Shown: positions 28,770-39,636, counted from the stretch's first letter. The stretch: DNA of 64,000 nucleotides from Desulfosudaceae bacterium (GCA_963674745.2 CAXXDV010000003.1:64001-128000), one strand, 5' to 3'. Numbers and translations: made by a program. The notes: a model not told the origin generated them from the sequence alone.

Positions 28770-30935
28770 TTATGCCCTTTTTTTTTCATGACGCAGATTG
28801 TTTTCCGCTTTGAGTATCAACGGTTCTACATCCAGGATGAGGGCGATGCTTCCATCTCCCTGGATGGTTGCCCCGGAGACGCCCTGGATATTTTTATAGG
28901 CGTCACCCAGGTTTTTTATGACGGTCTGCTGCAGGCCGATGACTTCATCTACCACCAGGCCGACCAGGTGTTTATCCGAGGCGACAATCACCAGCTGTTC
29001 TTTTCCCGGTTTCTGTTCGTCGACGGAAAACCATTCTCTCAGCCTTAAAAACGGCACCAGCTGGTCTCGCAGATTGATGAACCTGTTTTCATGTGAATCG
29101 TAGTTTTTCTGTTCCATCTCCAGGCACTCACTGACAACCGCCAGGGGGACGATATAATGTTGTCCGGCAATTGAGACCTCTAGGCCGTCGATGATGGCCA
29201 GTGTCAGGGGAATGGTCATCCTGATCGAAGAACCCAGGCCCTTTTCGCTGTTTACCGATACTTTTCCCCTTAAGGCGGTGATACTCTGTTTGACCACGTC
29301 CATGCCCACGCCACGGCCGGAAATGTCGCTGACCTGCCCGGCGGTTGAAAAGCCGGGCTCGAATATAAGATTGAGCAGATCTTTCGCATCCGGATTCGCG
29401 TCCGGCGGCAGAAACCCCTTTTCAATGGCTTTGGCTTTAATGATTTCCGGGTCAATTCCCCGGCCGTCATCTGATATGGTGATAATGACATGGCCGCCTG
29501 AATGTTCGGCCGAAAAAACAATTTTGCCCTGGGGGGGCTTACCGGCCCTGGTTCTTTCTTCCGGTGTTTCGATGCCGTGATCGATACTGTTCCTTAACAA
29601 GTGAACAAGTGGGTCGTCCAGCCTTTCGATAACCGTTTTGTCCAGTTCTGTGGCCGCGCCTTCAGTTACCAGTTCTACTGTTTTCCCTCGCTGGGTAGAC
29701 ATATCCCAGACCACGCGTTTGAATTTTCCAAAGCTGGCGCCAATGGGGAGCATGCGTATATCCAGCGTGTTTTCCCGCAGGTCATTACTTAACCGCTCGA
29801 TGACCTCGGCGATTTCGATCAACTCCAGGTTTTCTTCATGATCAGCCAGTCGTGTCAGACGGGTTTGGGCGATAACCAGCTCGCCGACCAGGTTGACCAG
29901 TTGGTCGAGTTTGGCTGACTGTACGCGCATGCTGGAAATCGTGCCGGCAGCCCCTGCTCCTCTCCGGTCTTTACCCGTACGTCGGTCCCTTGATGAACGG
30001 CGGTCCTGTGCGGTTCGCCGTTCTTTTTCGGCGCTCTGTTTAACCGGCCCGGCATCGTCTGTACTGTCTTTTGCTTGACGGTTTTCTAAAGGCGTCTCGG
30101 CTTCTGCTTTGGCATCAGAAAAACATCTGCGCAGCGCCTCAATGTCCATTTTTTCGTCATCCAACAGCATGAGCGACAGTTCGTCAAAAGCCGATGCCTC
30201 CTGTCCGGGTTGAATGTTTTCGGCAATAACGGCAATCGATAATTCACAGTCATGTTCGACAAAGATAAAAACATCCCTGATCGCGTTGATATTCTTATCT
30301 GTGGCCAGGAGGATGTCCCACCAGACATAACAGGCTTCGGGGTCAATGGCGTCCAGGAGCGGAAGGCTTCCGGTATGCGCTAAAATCCGGGTACTTCCCA
30401 GCTCATTCAACTCATCCAGAAGAAACAGCGGGTTGGTGCCGTTGTTAAAGATTCCCGGGTGGGGTTTGAAGCGGATATGAAAAGCCGTCCAACTCAGAGA
30501 AACAGCGTCCTGGCCGGTGTCTGCCTGTTCCGTCATGACGTCCGGGCCGGTTTCTTTTTTTTCCCCGATCTCCCTGAAAAAACGTGCCAGCGCGTCAATC
30601 GTTGCGGCAGCTACTGCGTCAGGGTCGTCAATCAGCAGTTGAAACTGGTCTTTGGCTTTTAGGGTTAATTCCACCAGTGAGTGGTCGATCCGGTAAAGGC
30701 CGTCCCTGACGCTGTCAAAAACCGTTTCCACTTCGTGAGCCAGTTCCGCAAGCCGGTCAAAACCGAACATGGCACCGGAACCTTTCAGGGTATGCAGAGC
30801 CCTGAAGGCCCGGTTAATCAATTCCGGATCATCCGGGTTTTTGTCCAGTTCCAGGAGGCTGTTTTCCAGTTCCGGCAGTAACTCATCCCGGGCTTCATCA
30901 ATGAATATCTGTCTGGCTTTTAAGATTTTTGACAT
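28770..30935 (-). CDS. cheA: Chemotaxis histidine kinase CheA
   Basis: Hpt domain (RALHTLKG), HLLRNSIDHGIE, GFST...SGRGVGMDVV and a C-terminal CheW domain. Confidence 0.97.
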   Translation of the reverse strand: MSKILKARQIFIDEARDELLPELENSLLELDKNPDDPELINRAFRALHTLKGSGAMFGFDRLAELAHEVETVFDSVRDGLYRIDHSLVELTLKAKDQFQLLIDDPDAVAAATIDALARFFREIGEKKETGPDVMTEQADTGQDAVSLSWTAFHIRFKPHPGIFNNGTNPLFLLDELNELGSTRILAHTGSLPLLDAIDPEACYVWWDILLATDKNINAIRDVFIFVEHDCELSIAVIAENIQPGQEASAFDELSLMLLDDEKMDIEALRRCFSDAKAEAETPLENRQAKDSTDDAGPVKQSAEKERRTAQDRRSSRDRRTGKDRRGAGAAGTISSMRVQSAKLDQLVNLVGELVIAQTRLTRLADHEENLELIEIAEVIERLSNDLRENTLDIRMLPIGASFGKFKRVVWDMSTQRGKTVELVTEGAATELDKTVIERLDDPLVHLLRNSIDHGIETPEERTRAGKPPQGKIVFSAEHSGGHVIITISDDGRGIDPEIIKAKAIEKGFLPPDANPDAKDLLNLIFEPGFSTAGQVSDISGRGVGMDVVKQSITALRGKVSVNSEKGLGSSIRMTIPLTLAIIDGLEVSIAGQHYIVPLAVVSECLEMEQKNYDSHENRFINLRDQLVPFLRLREWFSVDEQKPGKEQLVIVASDKHLVGLVVDEVIGLQQTVIKNLGDAYKNIQGVSGATIQGDGSIALILDVEPLILKAENNLRHEKKRA

Positions 30936-30998
30936 GTTCTACCTGTGAATCCGGTTTATGTTTTAGATGGTTGTATCCTTTGCAGCGGCCTCTGCCGG

Positions 30999-31328
30999 TT
31001 ACTGTTGGTCTCTATTGCAAAACGCCTGCTTGAACAGGCAGGCTGAATTATCGCAATCTTCGCATGCCTGGATAAAGCCCACTTTTCTGAATCTTTCCGC
31101 CACAGCGGGTGGCGGTTGGTTTCGTAATACAAGTCGTTTGTTCTTTTTCGAATAGCTTCGGCAGGCCGAACAGATGAGTTGAAAAAAAGCCGTGTCGCAT
31201 TTACCTGTAGCCGACATATCGACTTCAACCTTATCTTCCGGCCCGTTTAAAAAATGAAGCAGCAGTTTATGCAGCTTCTCCCACCCGGTTTACCAGGCCA
31301 GTCACCATGCAGAATGATTTCCTCCCAT
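30999..31328 (-). pseudogene. STAS-domain protein with apparent frameshifts (pseudogene or sequencing errors)
   Basis: AAGGAG RBS and ATG at 31328. Pieces EIILHGD / VNRV / EKLHKLLLHFLNGPEDKVEVDMSATGKCDTAFFQLICSA are split by indels; this is the usual STAS position upstream of cheA. Confidence 0.7.
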
Positions 31329-31371
31329 TATTGGCGTGTCTCCTTTATTCCCCCCAACAGCCTGTCATCGT

Positions 31372-31761
31372 TTAAAAAGATACGGATCTTTTAATGTTAT
31401 TGTTTAGTCGCTGCTCAATCAGGGATATATAATCGTATCGTCTGCTTCATCCGAAGTCATATATCTCGGATAGAGCTTGAGCAGTTTGCGCCATTTGTTC
31501 ATGGGACGCCGTTTCATTAAAGATGAGAATAATATTCAATTCCTTCAGGTCGTTCTGGAATTCGAGCAGACCCGCAACCGGTGAATCACAGCCGACATGA
31601 ATGACCATGATCTCAATGTTATACATAGAGGCCCGGAGTCGTTCCCGCAGGTCTTCCAGACTGTATAAGTACTCAGTATTAAAAGGAAAATTGAGCCTAA
31701 TCAGCCCTTCAAGTCCGTTTTCCCGTTCCTTAGGATCGCATAAATTGGCATAAACAATCAT
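31372..31761 (-). pseudogene. Small receiver-like hypothetical protein, probably frameshifted near the 3' end
   Basis: The ORF stops at 31447, but alternative frames continue KLLKLYPRYMTSDEADD and ISLIEQRLNNNIKRSVSF* to 31372. Confidence 0.5.
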
Positions 31762-31809
31762 TTACAAATTTCCTCATGATATAAGAATTATCTCATTGTG
31801 AAGAAAATT

Positions 31810-31825
31810 AGCAATAATTGTGCCT
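31810..31825 (-). promoter_or_regulatory. Sigma54 -24/-12 promoter of the che operon, with IHF-like site at 31856-31868
   Basis: Minus strand reads AGGCACAATTATTGCT; AATCAAATCATTA matches WATCAA-N4-TTR. Confidence 0.72.
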
Positions 31826-32075
31826 TTTTTATGCGGTGTTTAAAATATATAGCAAAATCAAATCATTAAACTTAATTCTCGGCCTGTCCGACCGCTTGTG
31901 AAGCGGGCGGACAAGATTGCGGCCATAAAGTACCATTTGTCCTGGCGGTCAAAAAAACCGATTAATGCTTTATATATAATGGTTTACGGATTTTCGGCCG
32001 ATTTCTGATGCTTCCAGAAAATTAGGATTGTTGTCCTGAAACGTTAGACAATTGGCAACAGCGGCATCCATGCCG

Positions 32076-33479
32076 TTATCGCTTCGGTGTAAGGTCGTGT
32101 TTATTGATCAGACCGTAAATCCGGGATTTACTCATATCTGCAATTTTGACCATTTCCCGGATATCACCACCGGTGACAGCCAGCAGATTTTGGAAATATT
32201 TCGCTTCGGCCGCTTCCAGCGCTGTTTTTCTGTAACCCTGCCAGCTTGTCATGTCCTGATCTGCGGTGAAGAGTGTTTCTTCCTCGTGTTCCGTAACGGG
32301 CCTGGTTTGCTTGCGAATGACCGCCGACCGGATGTCCACCGGCAGATTTTTGTGAAACAAAGCCGGTGTCGATTTGGCCGAACAAATGACTTGATCCAGC
32401 ACATTGACCAGTTCCCTGACGTTACCGGGCCATTCATAATCGTAAAGGCACTGCAGGAATTCCGGATGAATGGTTTTCGGGGGGATTGCCATACGGCGGC
32501 AGATTCTGGCCTGGTAATGGTTGACCAGTTCCGGAATGTCTTCCTTCCGTTCCCTTAAGGGCGGTAACGTCAATTTTTGAGATTTGACGCGATACAGCAG
32601 GTCACTTCGAAACGTACCCAGTTCAACCATTTCCTCCAGATTTCTGTTGGTCGCTGAAATTAATCGGAAGTCACTTTTTAATTCCGTCGTGCTGCCGACC
32701 GGGCGAAATTTTTTATCTTCCAGCACTCTTAAGAATTTTTTCTGTATTTCCAGCGGCAATTCACCGATTTCATCTAAAAATAATGTTCCCTGGTGAGCCA
32801 GCTTGATCAATCCGTCCCGGTCCCGGCCGGCGTCCGTAAAAGCGCCTTTAACATGGCCGAAAAGGCTGCTTTCGATCAGGGTTTCGCTGAGTGCTGTACA
32901 ATCCACGACCATGAAGTGATTTTCCGCCCGCTGACTGTTCAGGTGGATGGCCCGGGCAAAAAGTTCTTTGCCGGTGCCTGTTTCTCCGGACAGAAGAACG
33001 CTGTGGTCGCCGTCAGCCGCTTCCGCCATCTGTCCCAGGCAGTCATTGATGGCCTGACTGTTGCCCACGATACCATTGCGTTTTAGAACCCGGCTTTTTT
33101 TGCTGATTTTTTTGGCCTCCCTGAATTGCAGGGCCCGTCGGATGGAGAGAATTATTTTTTTGATGTTGATCGGTTTTTCAACATAGTCCCAGGCGCCGTG
33201 TTCCAGGGCCAGGCCGGCGGCGTCCGAATGACCGTAGCCCGTAATGATAATGACTTCCGGGGAACCGGGGGCGTTGATAAAGGAGGAAATTGCCTCCAGT
33301 CCGCTGCCATCCGGGAGATTGATATCCAGAAGCACAATATCAATATTGTTGTCGGAAATTGTTTTGTGGGCTTCTGTCAGGGTGTGGGCGCTGACGGGGG
33401 TCCATCCTTCCTGGGATACGGTTTCCGTCAGCAGCAGGCAGATGGAAGGTTCGTCGTCTATAATCAGAATGGTTGCCAT
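32076..33479 (-). CDS. NtrC-family sigma54-dependent response regulator
   Basis: REC domain, GETGTGKE, GAFTDA, LFLDEIGEL, WPGNVREL and C-terminal HTH. Confidence 0.93.
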   Translation of the reverse strand: MATILIIDDEPSICLLLTETVSQEGWTPVSAHTLTEAHKTISDNNIDIVLLDINLPDGSGLEAISSFINAPGSPEVIIITGYGHSDAAGLALEHGAWDYVEKPINIKKIILSIRRALQFREAKKISKKSRVLKRNGIVGNSQAINDCLGQMAEAADGDHSVLLSGETGTGKELFARAIHLNSQRAENHFMVVDCTALSETLIESSLFGHVKGAFTDAGRDRDGLIKLAHQGTLFLDEIGELPLEIQKKFLRVLEDKKFRPVGSTTELKSDFRLISATNRNLEEMVELGTFRSDLLYRVKSQKLTLPPLRERKEDIPELVNHYQARICRRMAIPPKTIHPEFLQCLYDYEWPGNVRELVNVLDQVICSAKSTPALFHKNLPVDIRSAVIRKQTRPVTEHEEETLFTADQDMTSWQGYRKTALEAAEAKYFQNLLAVTGGDIREMVKIADMSKSRIYGLINKHDLTPKR

Positions 33480-33497
33480 GTAGCCTCGTTTATAAGT

Positions 33498-36305
33498 TTA
33501 TCTGTGGTTTTTCCCTTCAAAAACCTGTTGTATGGCCTCTCGCAGCTGTTCCAGGGAGACGGGCTTCGATAACAACAGATCGATTGCGTCCGTTACTTTT
33601 TCTTCCGGTTCGAGCATGTCGCCGAACCCGGTCAGCATGATAACCGGCTTTCCCGGCGCAAATTTTTTGATGGCTCTGGCCAGGTCGTCCCCGTTCAGTT
33701 CCGGCATGGCATGATCTGTGATGACCAGGTCAAACCAGCCTTCATTGAATTTCCGCATGGCGTCCACACCGTCAACCGCGGTTTCCGTAAAGTGGTTGTC
33801 CTTTTTCAGGTATTCGTCCAGGAGGTATCGCTGACGCGCTTCATCATCAACGATCAGAATCCTCAATGCGTCGGGCCTTTGTCTGACAGGTTTGTTTTCC
33901 GTGGCCTTCGGCTCTTGGGGTCCGGCTTCGGGCAGTCGCAGAACGAAAGTCGTGCCTTTCCCCGGTTGACTGTGAATGTCAATCCGTCCCTGATGGCGTG
34001 TCATGATGCCCTGCACGGTTGCCAGCCCCAGGCCGCTGCCGGTTTCACCTTTGGTGGTGTAAAAAGGGTTCAGGCATTGGCGAAGAACCCCAGCCTCCAT
34101 GCCGATACCGTTATCACTGATTTCCAGGACGATCAGTCCCTGTTCACGACGGGTAACAAACCGGAGAATGCCACCTTCAGGCATGGCGTCTACAGCATTG
34201 AAAATCAGGTTGGTAATGACTTCATGCAGTTCGGTACGATTGCCGAGGGCCATTATTTCAGGCGTCAGTTGTTTTTCTATCGAGATGAAAGCGCCCCGGG
34301 TCTGGGCGTTGCTTTTCCAAATGGGCTCGGTCAGGGCCACGGCATCATCAATCAGCTGGTTGATATCAACCGGTTCGATAATTTCGTTGTCGCTGGGCCG
34401 GTAGAACTTCCGAAGCCGTCTGACGATCTGGGCCGCGTCTCTGGCCGAGGTGTTAATGAGCGTGATGTATTCTTTAACGGTATTGACATTGCTCATTTTT
34501 TTCGGGGTCTGGAGCAGCAGGTCGGAAAAACCCTGAATCGATGTCAGGGAGTTGTTAAAATCATGGGCAATGCCGCTTGCCATTTGAGACAGGGCTCTCT
34601 GCCGTTCATTGTCGACGATTCGGCGCTGGGTGCTTCGCAGTTCGTGGAGGGTTTTTTCCAGTTCATGCGTTTTCTGCTGAAGTTCCTGCTCATATCGTTT
34701 TCGGGTGGTGATGTCCCGACTGACACCGCCCACGGCCCACTGCTGGCCCTGTTTGTATATCGGATAAAGCGTATTCAGATAGGTAAACACCCCGTCTTTT
34801 TCTCTCTCATCATGTTCAAAAGAAGTGGGGTTGCCATGTTTGAAGACATGGGCGACCAGTCGTCGGAAACGGGTGGCGACATCCTGTGGATAAGCATCTT
34901 CCAGCTTTTTGCCGATCAGTGAGGCATTCCCGGGTAAAGCCTCTTGCTTGGCACGGTCATTGCTGAACAGGTATTCACCCTCCCGGTTGATCATGAAAAC
35001 ATGATCGGCTGAATATTCCACCAGCGCCCGGAATTTGGCTTCGCTTTCCCGTTGGGATTCTTCCGCCTGCATACGATCAGTTTCATCAACGTAAACGGCC
35101 ACGATTTCGTTGCCCGGCAGTTTGTAGACGTAGTTCCTTCGCCAGCTGGCAATCCGGTTGTCCTGGTAAAGGGCAACCGGGTGCTCTTCAGGCAGGCCGG
35201 TTTCGTTTACACGCTGAAAGACGTCAAGCAGGCCAAACGATTTGACGCCGGGAAAAACGTCTGTAACCTTTTTGTTGATGACGTCCGCTTTCGAGATTTT
35301 TTCGATCTTTTCGGCGGTTTCGTTAAAATCAATGATGACAAAGTCCTGTCCCCCGTCAACCGGCTGGAATACGGCCACGCCGACGGAAATATTGTTGAAC
35401 ATCGCCTGGTAACGCTGCTGGCTCCGGCGCAGGGCCATGGATGTTTTTTTGCGTTCGGTGACATCACTGATGGCCGTCAGAAAGCCGACCACCTGTCCCT
35501 GATCATCCATTTTGTAATTCCAGTCAACAATCACATCCACTGCTTTTCCGTTTTTGGTGAGGTTTCGCCCTTCCCATTGAAGCGGGGGGGGCTGCTCTTC
35601 GGCCAGTTGCTCAAGCAGTGTCAGCAGCCGCCGGCCTTCCTGTCGGGATTCAGACAGATCACTGATGCGCATTGTCTTCAAATCTTCGGTGGTATATCCA
35701 AATATTTTGGAATAGGCATTGTTGGTGAAAAGGAACTGTCCCTGCCGGTCAATTTCAGCAATTGGTGTCGGCACGGTGTCCACAATCGACCTGAGTCTTT
35801 GTTCGCTTTCCTTTAGGGCGGATTCCATGTCGATTATTTCTGTCATATCATCGCTGACACAGATGATCTTTTCCAGGTTCCCCTGTTCATCCCGGACCGC
35901 GTTAAATACCCCCCGGATATGTTTGACCTGGCCGTTACGATGGATGAGTCGGTAATATGCCTGGCGGCTGTCGTTTATCTCACCGGACAAGGCCTTGGTC
36001 AGCAACACCGACATGCGTTCTCTGTCTTCGGGATGAATGAGATCAAAACCGGTTTTCCCCAGCAGCTCTTCGGGTGCATAACCCAGTGCGTTTTTGTGGG
36101 ACGGGCTGAGATAGGTATATAATGCGTTTTTATCCAGAACGGCTACCATGGAACTGGTGACTTTCAGGACGAGTTCGGTATCCGCAACACTGCCCGGTAT
36201 CCGGGTAGTGCGCGGCTCTTGGCAACCGTTACTCAGGCGATTCCCGACAGATGCAAAAAACATCCGGTATACATGATTCATCGATCTGGTAAAAAAAGAT
36301 TTCAT
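33498..36305 (-). CDS. Multi-PAS hybrid sensor histidine kinase
   Basis: Four PAS-like domains, GIAHDFNN H-box, FYTTK...GLGL, C-terminal REC. Confidence 0.93.
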   Translation of the reverse strand: MKSFFTRSMNHVYRMFFASVGNRLSNGCQEPRTTRIPGSVADTELVLKVTSSMVAVLDKNALYTYLSPSHKNALGYAPEELLGKTGFDLIHPEDRERMSVLLTKALSGEINDSRQAYYRLIHRNGQVKHIRGVFNAVRDEQGNLEKIICVSDDMTEIIDMESALKESEQRLRSIVDTVPTPIAEIDRQGQFLFTNNAYSKIFGYTTEDLKTMRISDLSESRQEGRRLLTLLEQLAEEQPPPLQWEGRNLTKNGKAVDVIVDWNYKMDDQGQVVGFLTAISDVTERKKTSMALRRSQQRYQAMFNNISVGVAVFQPVDGGQDFVIIDFNETAEKIEKISKADVINKKVTDVFPGVKSFGLLDVFQRVNETGLPEEHPVALYQDNRIASWRRNYVYKLPGNEIVAVYVDETDRMQAEESQRESEAKFRALVEYSADHVFMINREGEYLFSNDRAKQEALPGNASLIGKKLEDAYPQDVATRFRRLVAHVFKHGNPTSFEHDEREKDGVFTYLNTLYPIYKQGQQWAVGGVSRDITTRKRYEQELQQKTHELEKTLHELRSTQRRIVDNERQRALSQMASGIAHDFNNSLTSIQGFSDLLLQTPKKMSNVNTVKEYITLINTSARDAAQIVRRLRKFYRPSDNEIIEPVDINQLIDDAVALTEPIWKSNAQTRGAFISIEKQLTPEIMALGNRTELHEVITNLIFNAVDAMPEGGILRFVTRREQGLIVLEISDNGIGMEAGVLRQCLNPFYTTKGETGSGLGLATVQGIMTRHQGRIDIHSQPGKGTTFVLRLPEAGPQEPKATENKPVRQRPDALRILIVDDEARQRYLLDEYLKKDNHFTETAVDGVDAMRKFNEGWFDLVITDHAMPELNGDDLARAIKKFAPGKPVIMLTGFGDMLEPEEKVTDAIDLLLSKPVSLEQLREAIQQVFEGKNHR

Positions 36306-36622
36306 TCAGACGCCTTCTTGAAGCCATTTATGTCGATATGCTCGGCTAATCCTGATTATCGTAACCGGCAATTTGACATCAACAGCCACAAAAATGACTA
36401 ATTTTTTACTTAACGTTGCCTGCCTGCCCCTTTTAAAAAACCATCATATCCAAATCATCATCAAAAAGCAATACGATCTGTTGGTTTTGCTGTTGTTGAA
36501 TATCGGCCCTATAATTATAACCTTGACAAAACAGCCGGTCACGGCGATTATTTGTTAAAAGTAAAAAGTTGAGCTTTTGACCTGTCCGGATACCAAACGG
36601 ATCACGAATAAAATTACGGCCG

Positions 36623-37339
36623 TTGATGGTTTTTGACCAATTAAACAAAGGTTTTTTTCAGTTTTCCCAATTGCCTCCGGGAAAGGTTTTTCCCGGCATT
36701 GAGGGGGTTGATTTTGTTTCCCGGGTTGTTCCCCGGATCGGTTATGATGACGGCATTTCTGTCGCCAAAAAAGAACGTATCAGAACCATCATGCAATCCG
36801 GCTTGGACTCGGTCAGAATGAGCGGCATCACCCGCATGACTTCCATCGATGCCTGGGATAACGAAGGCCTGTCAGGCGGAGGACTGCAGATTAAAAGTCC
36901 GCAATGGGCAGGGGTCGTTTCCCGGATGACCGCACCGCGTCATTTAATCTGTTTCGTGCTGACACTGGGGGAAGCGTTCGACCGGATTAAGAAAGATAGG
37001 GCGCTTTTTGAAACCTATGTGCTTGACGGTTTGGGCTCGGAGCTGATCGAGACAGCCGCGCAGATGGCTGAAGAATATATTGCGGTTTGGGCCGAATCCA
37101 ATGCCATGGACTGCTCCCGAAGATTCAGTCCGGGATATTGCGACTGGCCGCTGCCGTCCGGCCAGAAGGCTGTTTTTAATTTTCTGCAACCGGACGCCAT
37201 CGGTGTCAAAGCGTTGTCCACCGGCGCCATGCTGCCTTCAAAATCCATCTCTGCCGTTATGATCACCGCCGATCAGGTGCCCCTGAAATGTCCCTGCCAA
37301 TTCTGCCCCCAACGGGATTGTGATCATCGACGTGTTTGA
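36623..37339 (+). CDS. Stand-alone B12-dependent methionine synthase activation-domain-like protein
   Basis: FVLTLG, RRFSPGYCDWPL, MLPSKSISAV and a C-terminal CxxCxxxxCxxRR motif. Confidence 0.8.
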   Translation: MMVFDQLNKGFFQFSQLPPGKVFPGIEGVDFVSRVVPRIGYDDGISVAKKERIRTIMQSGLDSVRMSGITRMTSIDAWDNEGLSGGGLQIKSPQWAGVVSRMTAPRHLICFVLTLGEAFDRIKKDRALFETYVLDGLGSELIETAAQMAEEYIAVWAESNAMDCSRRFSPGYCDWPLPSGQKAVFNFLQPDAIGVKALSTGAMLPSKSISAVMITADQVPLKCPCQFCPQRDCDHRRV

Positions 37340-37441
37340 CGGGTGTATCGGGAAGTCATTGATTGTTTTGATTGTTTGTGGTTTAGGATGAATTGCCATT
37401 ATCAGACGGGGCCTTAATATTTCGGGTTTAGGGAGATTGTC

Positions 37442-39277
37442 ATGGATAAATTATCACCAGACAAAGATATTGATCAACAGTTGTCCGACCTCAAACAGAA
37501 AATTGTTTCTTATGAAAAGAGTAACCAGTTTTTTGAAATGCTGGTGAGAAGCCTGCCCGGTTTGTTCTATCTTTTTGACAGTAGTTTTAATGTGCTCAAG
37601 TGGAATCGCAATGTGGAACAGATCACCGGTTATACCCGGGAGGACCTTCCCGCTCTGAAGCTGATTGATCTGTTTGATGGAGAAGACCTGATCAAAGTTC
37701 AAAAGGTCGTGAACGATGTTCTTAACGGTCACCAGGGTGAGGTCGAAGCCGAGCTGATTACCAAAACCGGAGAGCGTCGCCCGTTTCATTTTACCGGCGT
37801 GGGCGCCACGATTGATAATGAATCCTATCTGGTCGGTGTCGGTCTCGATATGAGCGTTTATAAACAAACGCTCAAAGAGTTGCAGGAGAATGAAGCGCTT
37901 TACCGGCTTCTGGCGGAACGGATGACCGAAGGCGTCGTGCTGCTGAAGAATTTCAAGATATTGTTTGCCAACAATGCTTTTCTCAGGATTTTCGGTTATA
38001 AAGATCCCCAATCCATAATCGGCAGTAATTTGAGAGAAATGATCGCCAAGGGTTTTGAGATTTATTTTCAGGATCTGTGCGACGCCCTTGAAACCGGCGT
38101 CTGTAACGAACGGTTTTTCCAGGCCCGGTGGCTGAATACAAACAAAGACGTATTGTGGGTTGAAGGCATCGGCAACCGCCTGGAGTGGAAGGGTGCACCG
38201 ACGGTTTTTCTGACCGTCCGGGATATTACCGAGGCTAAACAGAAAGAAATATCCATGCAGGAAGAAGCCGATAACCTTCGGCGGCAGAATGTCAAGCTGC
38301 GGTCTTCGATTCAGGAACGGTACCGGTTCGGGAAAATCGTCGGAAAAAGCCCTGCCATGCAGCGGATTTATGAGCAGATCCTCAATGCTTCCGGCACCCA
38401 TGCCAGTGTCGTGATCTACGGGGAGTCCGGCACGGGCAAGGAACTGGTGGCCCGGGCGATTCATGATATGAGCCGCAGGGCCGGAAAGAATTTCGTGCCG
38501 GTCAATTCTTCGGCCATTCCCGAGAATCTGCTGGAAAGTGAATTCTTCGGCCACAAGAAGGGCGCTTTTACCGGGGCTCATGCCGATAGGGCCGGATACC
38601 TGGACATGGCCAACGGGGGAACGTTGTTTCTGGATGAAGTGGGTGATTTGAACATCAATCTCCAGGCCAAACTTCTGCGCGCCCTGGAAGAAGGCACTTA
38701 TTCACCGGTCGGCAGCAGTGTCGTCAAGCATTCGGATTTCCGGCTTCTTTCCGCGACCAATAAAAATTTAAAGGCCATGATCCGCGAGGGAGAGCTGAGG
38801 GAAGATTTTTTTTACCGCATCCATATCCTGCCGATTACGCTGCCGCCTTTAAGAGATCGGAAAGAGGATATCCCGCTGATTGCGGAAGATTTCTTAAAAA
38901 GACTGGTCGTGGACAACAAAATTCAGATTCCGGGCCCGGTGCTGGAGGCCTTGATGGCCTATGCCTGGCCGGGCAATGTCCGTGAACTGCAGAATGTGAT
39001 TCAGCGTTACCTGGCGGTCGGCAGTGTGGATTTCCTGGAAACGGGTCAGGCTGAAAAGGACGCGTCGGTTGTGAATGAGTCCCCGGGGAAAGAAAAAATG
39101 GCATTAGGCGCTTCGGCGGAATTTGAAAGCCTTCAGGACAATGTCGATGCCCTGGAAAAAGCCCTGATTGAAAAAAGCCTGCGGGAATGTCGTGGTAATA
39201 AAAGCAAGGTTGCCCAGAAACTGAAAATTTCACGCAAAACCCTGTCAAGAAAAATGGAACGGCTACAGCTGGAATAG
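37442..39277 (+). CDS. PAS-PAS sigma54-dependent transcriptional activator (candidate regulator of the alkane island)
   Basis: Two PAS domains, GESGTGKE, GAFTGA, WPGNVREL and Fis-type HTH. Confidence 0.92.
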   Translation: MDKLSPDKDIDQQLSDLKQKIVSYEKSNQFFEMLVRSLPGLFYLFDSSFNVLKWNRNVEQITGYTREDLPALKLIDLFDGEDLIKVQKVVNDVLNGHQGEVEAELITKTGERRPFHFTGVGATIDNESYLVGVGLDMSVYKQTLKELQENEALYRLLAERMTEGVVLLKNFKILFANNAFLRIFGYKDPQSIIGSNLREMIAKGFEIYFQDLCDALETGVCNERFFQARWLNTNKDVLWVEGIGNRLEWKGAPTVFLTVRDITEAKQKEISMQEEADNLRRQNVKLRSSIQERYRFGKIVGKSPAMQRIYEQILNASGTHASVVIYGESGTGKELVARAIHDMSRRAGKNFVPVNSSAIPENLLESEFFGHKKGAFTGAHADRAGYLDMANGGTLFLDEVGDLNINLQAKLLRALEEGTYSPVGSSVVKHSDFRLLSATNKNLKAMIREGELREDFFYRIHILPITLPPLRDRKEDIPLIAEDFLKRLVVDNKIQIPGPVLEALMAYAWPGNVRELQNVIQRYLAVGSVDFLETGQAEKDASVVNESPGKEKMALGASAEFESLQDNVDALEKALIEKSLRECRGNKSKVAQKLKISRKTLSRKMERLQLE

Positions 39278-39636
39278 CCAGGGGCGTGCCGGGTCCGGGG
39301 GGTAAAGATTGATCAGTTCCCCTGCATGTCGGGTTGTTTGTATCCAAAATGGGGCGTTTGTTACCATTTTATATGTTGCCCCCCGGAAAAGTTACAAAAC
39401 GTCCATTCCGGATGCTTTCATGCCTTTTGTGTAAATACATGCATCATGAAGTACTACCTGAAAATGATAATAACCGTCTAAAATAAATATATATTTTAGT
39501 TCATTCCCGCCACTGATTCCTTTATCCCCACATTTTTCGACACGGTTGTCAAGTCTGGTTCCACACAATCGCTTCTTATATGTTTTTATTAGTAATAACA
39601 ATAATATAATTACTAACCGGCAACTATGATGGTTTC

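Noticed and set aside
31885..31913. Palindrome TGTCCG-A-CCGCTT-GTG-AAGCGG-G-CGGACA
   Set aside because: It cannot be assigned: there is no U-tract for a terminator and it is not repeated at the second promoter.
33711..35816. 403-aa and 254-aa plus-strand ORFs
   Set aside because: Antisense shadows of the hybrid histidine kinase.
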